DNA from: Eubacteriales bacterium
GTDB taxonomy: Bacteria; Bacillota; Clostridia; Oscillospirales; CAG-272
Direction of reading: 5' to 3'
NCBI GenBank assembly: GCA_051867875.1
Contig: JBJDZG010000025.1
Coordinates: forward strand, 18,101 to 82,100
DNA: 64,000 nt
Positions 1 through 10,193 of this stretch are shown here, piece by piece. Numbering within the stretch: the stretch's first letter is position 1; the number at the start of each line of letters is the position of its first letter. Both the position numbers and the translations under genes were made by a program. Under the pieces are notes generated by a model that worked only from the letters and a program-made list of their open reading frames with translations, searched no databases and had not been told where the DNA came from.

Positions 1-2
1 TG

Positions 3-167
3 GTTCACGAGGGCGCGCTCGGTCACGGTTCGAGCGGAGGCGCAGTCATTAATATGAAGGGAGAGCTTGTCGGAATTAATTTTGCGGGCGTTGAGAACGA
101 TGTTTACGGATTTGCAATTCCGTCGTCGGTAGTTCATGAATTTCTGAACATTTACGTTTACAATTAA
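3..167 (+). CDS. Trypsin-like (S1/HtrA-type) serine protease, C-terminal fragment; 5' end lies outside the window
   Basis: The frame is open from the window edge. Translation VHEGALGHGSSGGAVINMKGELVGINFAG... contains the GxSGG catalytic-serine motif. Stop TAA at 165-167. Confidence 0.6.
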   Translation, partial: VHEGALGHGSSGGAVINMKGELVGINFAGVENDVYGFAIPSSVVHEFLNIYVYN

Positions 168-196
168 AAAGTTTAAGTGGAGAGGGAGGTGAGCGC

Positions 197-1249
197 TTGG
201 ATATCATCACGAGCACGGAATTTTTGAAGAAAATTAAAGACGATCCCACGGGAAACTATCTCTTTTACGGCGAAGAGGACTATCTCAAAACGCACGCACT
301 GAACTCGCTTAAAGAGTCAATGGAGCTCGACGAGTCGCTTGAAATATTCAATTTCGTCAAGCTTGACGTGCTTGATTACACGCCCGATAAGCTCATTGAC
401 CTCTTTTCAATGCCGCCGATGATGGCGGAGCGAAAGCTCGTCGTACTCACGGGGCTCAATATTAAAAAAATGGCGGCTCCTAACGTCAACGAGCTGCCCG
501 ACCTCATTGACGCAATAGCACACCTTGAAGAATTTGATTATAATACTTTCGTTATGACAGTGCCCTCGGGAAATATCACCGAGGACACCGAGCGCCGCGG
601 CGTGCGGACCATGACGGGCGCACTGAAAACGCTCTCCGAGTATCTTACTCCCGTCAAGTTCGAGTCGCCGACACCTCAAAAGCTCGCGTTTTGGGCGGCA
701 AGGCATTTTGAGCATCACAAGGTCAATGCGTCGGGCGATGTCTGCACTTTTCTTGTGAATTATTGCTCAAAGGATATGTTCACGCTGGCGAACGAAATTG
801 AAAAGCTCGCTCTCTACGCGCGCTCGCAGGGCAGAGAGCAGGTTTTGCGCGAGGATGTCGCGCTCGTTTGCACGGAGGAAATGGAGTACGGCGCGTTTGA
901 ATTTTCCAATGCAATTCTGGAGGGCAGGCGGAGCGACGCATTATCCATTCTTTCCGTGATGAAATTCAAGCAGATAGACCCCTTGATGATAATGGGCGAG
1001 CTTTCGGGCATCTGCTCGGATTTGCTCAAAATAAAGATTCTTTTGCTCGCAGGCAAAAATTCTTCGCAGATTGAGAGGGAAACGGGAATGAACTCCTACA
1101 AAGCGAAGCTGTATATCAACTCCGCGAGCCGAATGGAGCTTTCAAGGCTCAAAAAAATCGTCGCCATGGCGACGGACACGGACCTTGCGATGAAATTCCG
1201 CTTCGATTCGGGATATCTGAACCTCGAAAAACTGATTTGCTCGCTTTGA
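197..1249 (+). CDS. holA: DNA polymerase III subunit delta
   Basis: 350-aa ORF with a TTG start 7 nt after GGGAGG. The N-terminal YLFYGEEDYLK motif and overall length and architecture are typical of HolA. Confidence 0.75.
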   Translation: MDIITSTEFLKKIKDDPTGNYLFYGEEDYLKTHALNSLKESMELDESLEIFNFVKLDVLDYTPDKLIDLFSMPPMMAERKLVVLTGLNIKKMAAPNVNELPDLIDAIAHLEEFDYNTFVMTVPSGNITEDTERRGVRTMTGALKTLSEYLTPVKFESPTPQKLAFWAARHFEHHKVNASGDVCTFLVNYCSKDMFTLANEIEKLALYARSQGREQVLREDVALVCTEEMEYGAFEFSNAILEGRRSDALSILSVMKFKQIDPLMIMGELSGICSDLLKIKILLLAGKNSSQIERETGMNSYKAKLYINSASRMELSRLKKIVAMATDTDLAMKFRFDSGYLNLEKLICSL

Positions 1250-1250
1250 A

Positions 1251-1288
1251 TAACAAGAAAGGTGCTGAAAACAGCACCTTTCTTGTTA
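1251..1288. terminator. Bidirectional intrinsic terminator between convergent holA and rbr
   Basis: Perfect 17-bp stem TAACAAGAAAGGTGCTG / CAGCACCTTTCTTGTTA with a 4-nt loop, flanked by A/T runs on both sides. Confidence 0.85.
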
Positions 1289-1295
1289 TATGAAA

Positions 1296-1841
1296 TCAAT
1301 AATTCGCCTTTCTGACCTCGAAATAGCTCTGGGGGTGATTGCAAACGGGGCAAACCTCGGGAGCTTTCGGACCTACTACAAGGTGTCCGCAGTTGCGGCA
1401 CTCCCACATAACCTGCTCGCCCTTTTCAAATACAGTCTTCATCTCTATGTTATTGAGGAGTGCGAGGTATCTCTCCTCGTGAGCGCGCTCGATTTCTGCT
1501 ACCATGCGGAATTTAGCCGCGATTTCGGTAAAGCCCTCTGCCTCTGCTTCCTCGGCAAAGGTCTTGTACATATCTGTCCACTCGTAATTTTCACCCGCAG
1601 CGGCACTCTTGAGGTTTGCCTCGGTGTTGCCGATGCCGTTTAAGAGCTTAAACCACATTTTTGCGTGTTCTTTTTCGTTGTCAGCGGTCTTCTGGAAAAT
1701 TTCCGCGAGCTGTTCGTAGCCTTCTTTCTTCGCAACCGATGCAAAGTACGTGTACTTGTTTCTCGCTTCGCTCTCACCGGAGAACGCATTTCTCAAATTT
1801 TGTTCTGTTTTTGAACCTTTAAGTTCCATATTTTCCTCCAT
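1296..1841 (-). CDS. rbr: Rubrerythrin
   Basis: 181 aa with an N-terminal ferritin-like diiron domain (EARNKY, EKEH, EERY motifs) and a C-terminal rubredoxin-type CRNCG...CPVC. Confidence 0.95.
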   Translation of the reverse strand: MEENMELKGSKTEQNLRNAFSGESEARNKYTYFASVAKKEGYEQLAEIFQKTADNEKEHAKMWFKLLNGIGNTEANLKSAAAGENYEWTDMYKTFAEEAEAEGFTEIAAKFRMVAEIERAHEERYLALLNNIEMKTVFEKGEQVMWECRNCGHLVVGPKAPEVCPVCNHPQSYFEVRKANY

Positions 1842-1878
1842 TCCGCCACGCGCGTGGCATAAAAATATTTTCGTACAT

Positions 1879-1907
1879 ATTATATATTAGCAAATCGAAA
1901 AAGTCAA
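1879..1907 (-). promoter_or_regulatory. Sigma-A type promoter for rbr
   Basis: On the minus strand: TTGACT (1907-1902), 17-nt spacer, TATAAT (1884-1879). Confidence 0.6.
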
Positions 1908-2425
1908 GATGAAAGTTGAAAAAGTCAATTTATTTTCGCCGTATACGCGGAGTAAAATTCACCCGGGAGAGAAAAAAGAGGTGAAATACGCGTGCGTTCG
2001 GCGCACATAGCGTGGATTTATTCTGAATCACACCTCAAATAACAAAATCCGACGTTATTTATAACACAAATATTCCCAAACCGCTCCAAAAAGCCAAAAA
2101 GCCTTGAAATATCAAGGAAAAAGTCACATTTTTACACTTTATGGCGAAAACAAAGAATAATTTTCCTAAAAAAATACTTATCAAAATATTAATAGTGTTA
2201 ATTTTCAGGTTTTGCCTCAAAAACCGCGAAAAAATCTCGGGTATACAATAATAATGTAGGAAACTTTTGAAAAACGGTTAAAAACATCGTTTTTGGGTGT
2301 TGGAAATATTCAAAAATTGTGAATACCGCTGTGAAAGGTGCACAAAACAAACCCTTAAAAATCGGCATTTTGGTGCTAATTTGCAAAATATAATCTAAAA
2401 CTTAAAAAATCTTGAAATAAAATTA

Positions 2426-2454
2426 TTGACAATCGCAAATCCGTATGCTATAAT
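2426..2454 (+). promoter_or_regulatory. Sigma-A type promoter for the opp-like operon
   Basis: TTGACA (2426-2431), 17-nt spacer, TATAAT (2449-2454), about 105 nt upstream of ATG 2559. Confidence 0.7.
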
Positions 2455-2558
2455 CAAATCGTACATAATTCCTGAAAGATTAACACCGTTAGTTGCCGTA
2501 AAAAACGGGTTAAGATGTTTGGATATATGATATCAAAATTTATATGGAGGAATAAAAG

Positions 2559-5030
2559 ATGAAAAGAATTCTTTCTCTCGTGCTCGCAGTTGTAATGCTT
2601 GCTTCTCTCGCTACCATCCTTTCCGGTTGTGTAACTGAAGGCGAAAAAGTCGGCGTTGGCGAGTACACCTACAACACGTACGCTTCCGTGTTCCCCACAA
2701 CATGGAACCCCCACACATATCAGACAGCTACTGACTCAACAATTCTTGATTACACAACAGTAGGCTTCTACACATTCGATTACAACGAAACTAAAGACGG
2801 TTTCGTAATCGTTCCCGATATGGCTACTGCTATGCCCGAAGACGTTACGGCTGACTACGTCGGCGAAGAATGGGGCATTGATGAAGAAGAAGATTCAAGA
2901 GCTTGGAAGATCACTCTTCGCAGAGACCTCAAATGGGAAGACGGCACACCCATCACAGCTCACGATTTCGTAACATCTGCACAGCTTCTTCTTAATCCCA
3001 CTTCCAACAACTACCGTGCAGACCAGCTTTACAAGGGCGACCTTGAACTTGTTGGTGCTGAGGCCTACTTCTACGGCGGTAAGTCTTTGACGATGGCTGC
3101 TACTGATGTTTATACTGAATATTCCGAGAGCATCGACTCCGGTCTTATATTCAACATCGGTCCCAAGCATGAAGGTGCTGACGGCGTCAGCTACTTCAGA
3201 AACTGGTTTGAAACAGCTGTAGGCGCTCCTGCTAATTATTCTCTTGAGAAAACATTTGCTTTCTTTAAGAATAACTACCTCTATGATGCTGATGCATTCA
3301 CACTTGAAGCAGTTCAGGCAATGGAAGGCAAGACACTTGCTGAAATCAAAGCTGATCCTGTTCTCAAAGCAGCTTGGGATGCACTTATCGGCTGGTGGCA
3401 GACAGACCCCAACGAAGAACTTCACTTCTTCCTTGGTAAGGGTACTTATCCCGAAACAGCATGGGAAACAGTAGGTATCAGAGCTCTCTCCGATACAGAA
3501 CTCGTTCTTATTCTTGAATCTCCTCTCAGCGGATTCTACCTTCACTATAACCTTACAGGCTCTTGGCTCGTTAGAGAGGACCTTTACAAAGCTTGCGAGT
3601 CCACAACAGACGGCGTATACAACAACTCCTACGGTACGTCCAAGGAAACATACATGTCCTACGGTCCTTACAAGATTGAATCCTACCAGCAGGATAAGCA
3701 GTGGGTACTTGTAAAGAATGACCAGTGGTACGGTCACAAAGATCATCCCGAGCTTTACCAGACAACAAAGGTAGTTTGCGACTGGATTGAAAAGCCCGAA
3801 ACAGCAATGCTTGCATTCCTTCAGGGTAAACTTGACTCCAAGGGACTTGACGCTAACCAGTCCGGTGATTACCTTGGTTCCGAGCACCTTTACCACTCCG
3901 AAGGTTCTTCTACATTCTTTATCGCTCTTAACCCCAACGAAACAGCTTTCGCTAAGTGGGAAGAATCTCATCCCGGTCAGGATAAGTCCATCCTTGCAGT
4001 AAAAGAATTCCGTATGGCTCTTTCCTTCGCGCTTGACCGTACAGCATTCCTTGCAGCTTGCGACCCCACGGGTTCCGTAGCATACTCCGTATTTAACAAC
4101 CAGATTTGCTCCGACCCCGAGACAGGTACAATGTACCGTACAACAGAGCAGGCTAAGGATACACTCCTTAACTTCTGGGGCATTTCCCAGGACGATATCG
4201 GCGCAGGCAAGAAGTTCGCAACCAAGGACGAGGCTATTGCTTCCATCACAGGTTACAACCTTGCAGCAGCTAAAGAGCTCTTCGACCAGGCTTACGATTA
4301 CGTAATCGCTGAGGGTCTTATGGAAGAAGGCGACAAGGTAGTTATCAACGTTGGTACACCCAACGCAACAAGTGCATTCTACACCAACGGCTATGAGTTC
4401 CTTAAGAACAACTACACCGAGGCAGTTAAGGGCACAAAGCTTGAAGGCAAGCTTGAATTCACAAACGACAATACACTTGGTAACGGTTTCGCAGACGCAC
4501 TCAGAGGTAACTCTGTTGATATGCTCTTCGGAGTAGGTTGGAGCGGTTCCGCTCTTAATCCCTTCGGTCTTGTTGAAGCTTACACAACTTCTGACTACCA
4601 GTACGACCCCTCTTGGGATACATCCAGAGCAATGATCACAGTTGAAATCGACGGCGTATCTTACGTTGCTTCCGTTCTTGACTGGACAAATGCTATCAAT
4701 GGTACAAAGATTGAGATCGCTGTTGCCGACGAAAACGGCTTGGCTACTGATGAAGTAAAGAACTATTCTTGCGGTCTTAACGATAACAGACCCGAGGAAA
4801 GACTTCATATCCTTGCAGCTCTTGAAAACGCAGTTCTTCAGACATACGATATGATTCCTCTTAACAACGATGCAGGCGTATCCCTTAAGGGTATGCAGAT
4901 CAAGTACTACACAGAGGAAGAAGTTTACGGTCTTGGCCGTGGCGGCATCAAGTACATGACATACAACATGGACGACTACGAATGGGATCAGTTCGTTAAG
5001 TCCCAGGGTGGTACACTTAACTACAAATAA
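2559..5030 (+). CDS. ABC transporter substrate-binding lipoprotein, peptide/nickel (family 5, OppA-like), unusually large at 823 aa
   Basis: Signal peptide with an LSGC lipobox, GGAGG-type RBS, sequence character of SBP family 5, and position first in an oppBCDF-like operon. Confidence 0.85.
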   Translation: MKRILSLVLAVVMLASLATILSGCVTEGEKVGVGEYTYNTYASVFPTTWNPHTYQTATDSTILDYTTVGFYTFDYNETKDGFVIVPDMATAMPEDVTADYVGEEWGIDEEEDSRAWKITLRRDLKWEDGTPITAHDFVTSAQLLLNPTSNNYRADQLYKGDLELVGAEAYFYGGKSLTMAATDVYTEYSESIDSGLIFNIGPKHEGADGVSYFRNWFETAVGAPANYSLEKTFAFFKNNYLYDADAFTLEAVQAMEGKTLAEIKADPVLKAAWDALIGWWQTDPNEELHFFLGKGTYPETAWETVGIRALSDTELVLILESPLSGFYLHYNLTGSWLVREDLYKACESTTDGVYNNSYGTSKETYMSYGPYKIESYQQDKQWVLVKNDQWYGHKDHPELYQTTKVVCDWIEKPETAMLAFLQGKLDSKGLDANQSGDYLGSEHLYHSEGSSTFFIALNPNETAFAKWEESHPGQDKSILAVKEFRMALSFALDRTAFLAACDPTGSVAYSVFNNQICSDPETGTMYRTTEQAKDTLLNFWGISQDDIGAGKKFATKDEAIASITGYNLAAAKELFDQAYDYVIAEGLMEEGDKVVINVGTPNATSAFYTNGYEFLKNNYTEAVKGTKLEGKLEFTNDNTLGNGFADALRGNSVDMLFGVGWSGSALNPFGLVEAYTTSDYQYDPSWDTSRAMITVEIDGVSYVASVLDWTNAINGTKIEIAVADENGLATDEVKNYSCGLNDNRPEERLHILAALENAVLQTYDMIPLNNDAGVSLKGMQIKYYTEEEVYGLGRGGIKYMTYNMDDYEWDQFVKSQGGTLNYK

Positions 5031-5060
5031 TATTTAAGTAAAATCTTGCTTAAATAAAAT

Positions 5061-5087
5061 CCCCCGAGGGCCTATGGCTCTCGGGGG
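5061..5087 (+). other. GC-rich hairpin 3' of the binding-protein gene (no U-tract); possible mRNA stabiliser or partial terminator
   Basis: CCCCCGAG ... CTCGGGGG stem 30 nt after the stop codon. Confidence 0.5.
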
Positions 5088-5166
5088 AGATTATGCATTT
5101 AACGGGGTTTTACCGATTCGGCAATTTAACCCGCTCAAGCTCAAAAAATGATGATTTTATACCCCG

Positions 5167-5230
5167 AAATTGCATTTTAGTACAGTTTTTGCGTAAGAAA
5201 AAGCCGTACTAAAGTGCAATTTGCTTTTTT
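5167..5230 (+). terminator. Long-stem intrinsic terminator/attenuator between oppA-like and permease genes
   Basis: AAATTGCATTTTAGTAC (5167-5183) pairs with GTACTAAAGTGCAATTT (5206-5222) and is followed by GCTTTTTT. Confidence 0.6.
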
Positions 5231-5360
5231 CGAGGAATGACATTTCGGTGTATTTTGTCGGAAAATTGGGACAAATTGCTTTTTTGGCGAATGGCGCCAA
5301 ATAAATTTTTAATGAAATTCTGAAATTAGCAACCGCTGCGTGCGGTGTAAGGAGTCAATT

Positions 5361-6338
5361 ATGTATATGTTCAAATACGTATTAAAAAGACTTGTACTGA
5401 TGCTCTGTGTATTCCTTATCATTATCTCTGCTTGCTTTATTCTTATTAAGCTCTTGCCTAATACGATTCCGCAGGCACCTCCAGGATCTGACCTTGAGAG
5501 AATAATGATGGAACGCCGTGAGGCTCTGGGCTACGGCAAACCGATTATAGAGCAGCTTGGTATTTTCTTTGTAAGAACGCTCATAGGCGGAGACTGGGGC
5601 TTCAGCGAGATTATGTATCCTGCGCAGAACGTTTGGGATATATTCATTTCCAAGCTTCCCAACTCCATGACGGTCAATATTTATACGATGATAGTCGCGG
5701 TGCCGATAGGACTTATGCTCGGTATCTATGCGGCACTCAAAAAGAATAAGTGGCAGGACCATTTGATTTCTACGGGTACTATGGTGCTTATCTCCGTTCC
5801 CTCATATATTTACTGCTTCCTGCTTCAGTATTTCCTCTGCCACAAGCTCCTTGAGTGGACAGGCTGGTCCTTCCCGCTTCAGGTGCTTCCTCTTGAAACG
5901 AGCACGGGCTGGGATTACTTCGTTTCCCTTGTGCCCGCTATTTTGGCGCTTGGTCTGGGTACTATCGCAGGTCTCGCAAGATACACAAGAGCCGAGCTCT
6001 GTGAGGTACTTACTCAGGAATATATGCTTTTGGCACGTACCAAAGGTCTTACGCGCGGTCAGGCGACTGTCCGTCACGCGCTCAGAAACTCAATGGTTCC
6101 GATTTTCCCCATGATTTTGGGTGAATTTATCGGTATCATCGGCGGTTCTCTTATCGTTGAGCAGTTCTTCGGAATACCCGGAGTAGGTCCTCTCTACCTT
6201 AAGTCAATCACCTCTCTTGACTACAACTTCTATCTGCTTCTCAACTGCTTCTATACATTTATCGGACTTCTCTCCGGTATTGTGGTTGACCTCAGCTACG
6301 GATTTGTAGATCCTCGTATCAGAATGGGAGAAAGATAA
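5361..6338 (+). CDS. ABC transporter permease (OppB/DppB-like)
   Basis: Multi-pass membrane protein with a BPD_transp_1-like core. ATG 5361 lies 6 nt after AAGGAG and is preferred over the ORF-track GTG at 5340. Confidence 0.85.
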   Translation: MYMFKYVLKRLVLMLCVFLIIISACFILIKLLPNTIPQAPPGSDLERIMMERREALGYGKPIIEQLGIFFVRTLIGGDWGFSEIMYPAQNVWDIFISKLPNSMTVNIYTMIVAVPIGLMLGIYAALKKNKWQDHLISTGTMVLISVPSYIYCFLLQYFLCHKLLEWTGWSFPLQVLPLETSTGWDYFVSLVPAILALGLGTIAGLARYTRAELCEVLTQEYMLLARTKGLTRGQATVRHALRNSMVPIFPMILGEFIGIIGGSLIVEQFFGIPGVGPLYLKSITSLDYNFYLLLNCFYTFIGLLSGIVVDLSYGFVDPRIRMGER

Positions 6339-7933
6339 TGGAATACAACAACATACCTAAGGAAAAATTCCGTTTTGCCGATCCCAGCCGCAAAATGGCA
6401 GACAAAAAATTTGATACAAAGCCCATAAGCTACGCAAAGGACGTTTTTATTCGCTTCTGCAAGAATAAGAGCTCCGTTGTTGCGGCAATTATCATTGTTG
6501 TTCTCGTTCTCTTTGCGATAATCGTTCCTATCTTCTGTGAGACGAACTATTCGCGCGCGCTTACCGATAATACGTATCTTAAATACAAACAGCTTCTTCC
6601 CAAAAATCAGCTCTTTGCGGATTTGGGAGTAAACTTCTGGGACGGCGGTAAGAATGAGTCGATGAACCAGAATAAGTACAATAAGCTTATGGCTATTCAG
6701 ACGGAAACGGGCGAAACCGTTATCACTGATGTTTTCAGAGACGCTTACGACGGCGGTATTCCCGGTTCTACCACTAAATACTACGACGTTAGAGTTGACT
6801 CCTATACATCTCTCGGTATGGACTACTTCGATCTTACGCTCGAACAGTTCCAAGCACTTCAGGAATGGCAAAATCAGACGGGAATACAGGTAATCTACCC
6901 CTATTCCGACAAGACGGTACTTTCCGCGAACGCGCAGAAATTCTTCACGGCTAACATTTGGTATAAGATAGACGACAGAGGAAATCCCGTAGTTGACCGT
7001 GACGGCAATTTCACGCCAATCTACGCTACGACGAGCTCTCCCTCTTTCTCGGGCCCTCTTTACACAAATCCCGAAACGTATTCCTACGATTCACAGAGAA
7101 TTGAGGGCGACGACGGTTCTTATATCTACGCGATGGTATCCGAGAACAGCGGCAAGGTTTCCTATCGCGTGCGTGTAAATCTTTACACCTACTTCCAGTA
7201 CCATTTCAAGGGCGACAAGCTCTATGAAAACGAGCCCGCATTCCTCTTCGGTACAACCGAAAAGGGTCAGGACATCTTCACACGTCTTGCAGCCGGCGCG
7301 CGTTTCTCACTCGTGCTTGCTATCTGTATCTCCGCAATTAACCTTTTCATCGGTGCTATCTACGGCGCTATCGAGGGCTTCTACGGCGGTATTGCCGACC
7401 TCGTAATGGAGAGAATTTCGGATGTACTTGCGGGCATGCCGTCAATGGTCGTTATGACTTTGTTCCAGTTGCATCTGGCATCCAAGGTCGGACCGGTCTG
7501 GTCGCTGGTATTCGCCTTTATTCTGACGGGTTGGATTGGTATGGCGTCGAGAACGCGTATGCAGTTCTACCGCTTCAAGAATCAGGAATACGTGCTCTCC
7601 GCGCGTACACTCGGTGCCTCCGATTCAAGACTTATGTTCAAACACATCTTCCCCAACGCTATGGGCACGCTTATCACGGGTAGCGTGCTTTCAATCCCCG
7701 GCGTTATCTTCTCCGAGTCCAGCTTGACGTACCTCGGTATCGTTAACCTTTCAAGCTCCACTCAGACGTCCGTAGGTACTTTGCTTGCAAACGGACAGGG
7801 AACTTATATTGATTTCCCGCACATTATTTTCTTCCCCGCATTGTTCATCGCATTGCTTGAGATTTCGTTCAACCTTTTCGGTAACGGTCTCCGCGACGCT
7901 TTCAACCCATCACTGAAGGGAATCGAGGATTGA
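6338..7933 (+). CDS. ABC transporter permease (OppC/DppC-like) with a roughly 290-aa extracytoplasmic insertion after TM1
   Basis: ATG overlaps the upstream stop (ATAATG). The C-terminal 230 aa resemble an OppC-type permease core. Total length is 531 aa. Confidence 0.8.
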   Translation: MEYNNIPKEKFRFADPSRKMADKKFDTKPISYAKDVFIRFCKNKSSVVAAIIIVVLVLFAIIVPIFCETNYSRALTDNTYLKYKQLLPKNQLFADLGVNFWDGGKNESMNQNKYNKLMAIQTETGETVITDVFRDAYDGGIPGSTTKYYDVRVDSYTSLGMDYFDLTLEQFQALQEWQNQTGIQVIYPYSDKTVLSANAQKFFTANIWYKIDDRGNPVVDRDGNFTPIYATTSSPSFSGPLYTNPETYSYDSQRIEGDDGSYIYAMVSENSGKVSYRVRVNLYTYFQYHFKGDKLYENEPAFLFGTTEKGQDIFTRLAAGARFSLVLAICISAINLFIGAIYGAIEGFYGGIADLVMERISDVLAGMPSMVVMTLFQLHLASKVGPVWSLVFAFILTGWIGMASRTRMQFYRFKNQEYVLSARTLGASDSRLMFKHIFPNAMGTLITGSVLSIPGVIFSESSLTYLGIVNLSSSTQTSVGTLLANGQGTYIDFPHIIFFPALFIALLEISFNLFGNGLRDAFNPSLKGIED

Positions 7934-7937
7934 TATT

Positions 7938-10193
7938 ATGGAAAAGAAATTAGAAGTAAAAAACTTAAAAATATCATTTAAGACTGCCAACGGTAAGGTT
8001 CAAGCTGTAAGAAACATCAATTTTGACCTCTATAAGGGCGAAACCCTTGCGATAGTGGGTGAATCGGGCTCGGGTAAGAGCGTAACTTCAAAGTCGATTT
8101 TGGGTATTCTTGCCGGAAACGCAATCATTGAGTCCGGCGAGATTATCTACGACGGACGCGACCTTCTTAAAATCCATGAGGACGAATTTTACCGCATCAG
8201 AGGCGATAAAATCGCGATGATTTTCCAGGACCCCATGTCCAGCCTTAACCCTATTATGAGAATAGGCAAACAGCTCACCGAGGCTATGATTCTCAAAGGC
8301 AAGGCTCGTCAGCGTGCAAGTAAGCTTGCTTTTAACAGCACTCTTGCCCTTCTCAAAGGAACACTCATCAAGGCTATCTCCGAGGGCGGATATACCGCAT
8401 TGTCCGGTAACTATGTTGAAGCAATCACTCCTGCGGAGCTTGAAAAGATGTGCAAGGATTTCGACACGTTCGAGTTCAAGCACACAGAGCTCCAACAGGC
8501 TTATAACGCCGCTTATCAGTCGGCTGTCGAGGCACTTCCTTTGGTCGAGGACGCGCTTTTCCACATTGAAAAGAAGGCTTTCTCCGGCTCAATGTATGAG
8601 ATTAAAGAGATTGTCCGTCTTATAAATAAGGTTTCTCACAAGTACGTTGTCAGCGACAAGAGCGACGATATCAAGCGTCTTGCAAAAGAGCTTCCCTCCG
8701 TTTACAGAGATGACGACAATGCCAAAGTGTCAGATAAAATCAAGTACGTAGCTAACCGTGTTGCAAGAGAGAAATCCGAAGACAAGGTTAAAACGTACGA
8801 AAATACAGCCGCAAAGCTGCGTGAAATCAAGGCAATCCTTGAAGAAGCGCTTGCAAAGGACGTTCCCGACTTCTTCAGAATGGGCTATTATCTCAAGTTT
8901 GCAAATCAGCCCCTTCCCGAGATGCCCGTAAAAGAGCTCAATGAGTACCTTCTTAAATACCTTGACGAGCACTTTATGGTCGATTTCCTTCACAATATTG
9001 AAGTGGCTCTCCGCTATTCCGCACTCGTTTACGACAAGGAAAAGAGAGAAGCGCTTGACGCCGCACGCGGTGCAATTCCCGGCTTTTCTGCCGAGGGTAT
9101 GCTCGATAAAAAGGCTGCTTACGCCCTTGCAAAGAGCGTTATCAAGGAAGTTGAAGAGTCAATTGACCCCCTTGAAATCCGCAAGGACTCCGTTGCTTAC
9201 ACCTTCAAGACCAGCTTGCTCCACGCGATAGACAACTACTTTGAAGCTATCCCCAAGAACAAGGCTGCCCAGAGGGCTCACGACAAGCAGCAGGCTAAAT
9301 ACGACAAAATCGTTGCTAGCGGAAAGACTCCCGAGTGGAAGGTTATTCCCGCGGCTCTTATTGACCTCGATGACGCTAAGCGCGACATCGTAAGCGTAGT
9401 TGAGAGATTTATCAAGCACTACGAAAAACGCCTTGCAGATAGCGACAAACGCGACTTTGCAAAGGAAACCGTTGACCTTATCGACTTCTTCAAGCTCAAT
9501 GCTTCCGAGTCCGTTTATAAGGTAACGAAGAGCATGGCTAAGCACAAGGCTATCAAGCTCATGGAAGAGGTTGGTATTTCCGAACCCGCCAAGAGATTCA
9601 GACAGTATCCCTTCGAGTTCTCGGGCGGTATGCGTCAGAGAATGGTTATTGCGGTTGCTCTTGCGGCTAACCCCGACATTCTTATCTGTGACGAGCCCAC
9701 GACGGCTCTTGACGTTACGATTCAGGCTCAGATTCTTGAGCTTATCAACAAGATTAAAGAGGAGCGCCAGCTCTCCATTATCTTCATCACCCACGACCTC
9801 GGCGTCGTTGCCAACATGGCGGACAGAATTGCCGTTATGTACGCAGGTAAGATAGTTGAGTGCGGTACTGCCGAGGATATTTTCTACTCCCCTGCTCACC
9901 CCTACACCTGGGCTTTGCTTTCTTCAATGCCCGACCTTGATACGCAGGACCGTCTTGAAGCTATCCCCGGAACACCTCCGAATATGATTTATCCCCCCGT
10001 TGGCGACGCGTTTGCCGACAGAAACAAGTATGCACTTGATATAGACTTTGAGATGCAGCCCCCGATGTTCAAGATTTCCGATACACACGAGGCGGCAACG
10101 TGGTTGCTCCACGAAAACGCACCCAAGGTCGATATGCCCAAGACTGTTTCGGACAGAATTGAAAGAATGAAAAACAGAGGAGGAGCGAATTAA
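7938..10193 (+). CDS. ABC transporter ATP-binding protein (OppD-like) with a large intradomain insertion
   Basis: Walker A GESGSGKS, Q-loop IFQDPMSSLNP near aa 96, signature FSGGMRQR near aa 560, Walker B ILICDEPTTALD, and an oligopeptide C-terminal tail. Total length is 751 aa. Confidence 0.85.
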   Translation: MEKKLEVKNLKISFKTANGKVQAVRNINFDLYKGETLAIVGESGSGKSVTSKSILGILAGNAIIESGEIIYDGRDLLKIHEDEFYRIRGDKIAMIFQDPMSSLNPIMRIGKQLTEAMILKGKARQRASKLAFNSTLALLKGTLIKAISEGGYTALSGNYVEAITPAELEKMCKDFDTFEFKHTELQQAYNAAYQSAVEALPLVEDALFHIEKKAFSGSMYEIKEIVRLINKVSHKYVVSDKSDDIKRLAKELPSVYRDDDNAKVSDKIKYVANRVAREKSEDKVKTYENTAAKLREIKAILEEALAKDVPDFFRMGYYLKFANQPLPEMPVKELNEYLLKYLDEHFMVDFLHNIEVALRYSALVYDKEKREALDAARGAIPGFSAEGMLDKKAAYALAKSVIKEVEESIDPLEIRKDSVAYTFKTSLLHAIDNYFEAIPKNKAAQRAHDKQQAKYDKIVASGKTPEWKVIPAALIDLDDAKRDIVSVVERFIKHYEKRLADSDKRDFAKETVDLIDFFKLNASESVYKVTKSMAKHKAIKLMEEVGISEPAKRFRQYPFEFSGGMRQRMVIAVALAANPDILICDEPTTALDVTIQAQILELINKIKEERQLSIIFITHDLGVVANMADRIAVMYAGKIVECGTAEDIFYSPAHPYTWALLSSMPDLDTQDRLEAIPGTPPNMIYPPVGDAFADRNKYALDIDFEMQPPMFKISDTHEAATWLLHENAPKVDMPKTVSDRIERMKNRGGAN

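Noticed and set aside
1842-2558. The 700-bp AT-rich intergenic region with a 62-aa ORF (2198-2386, minus strand) as a possible hidden gene or inverton.
   Set aside because: No RBS, no long inverted repeats and only short hairpins. It looks like a promoter and spacer region between divergent rbr and opp transcription units.
2895-4808. 637-aa ORF on the minus strand inside the oppA-like gene. Similar long antisense ORFs occur at 15886-17346, 49690-50718, 54700-55872 and 9159-9899.
   Set aside because: Each lies fully antisense to a gene with clear family motifs. The translations are Cys/Val/Leu-rich with no recognisable motifs or RBS, which is typical of shadow ORFs.
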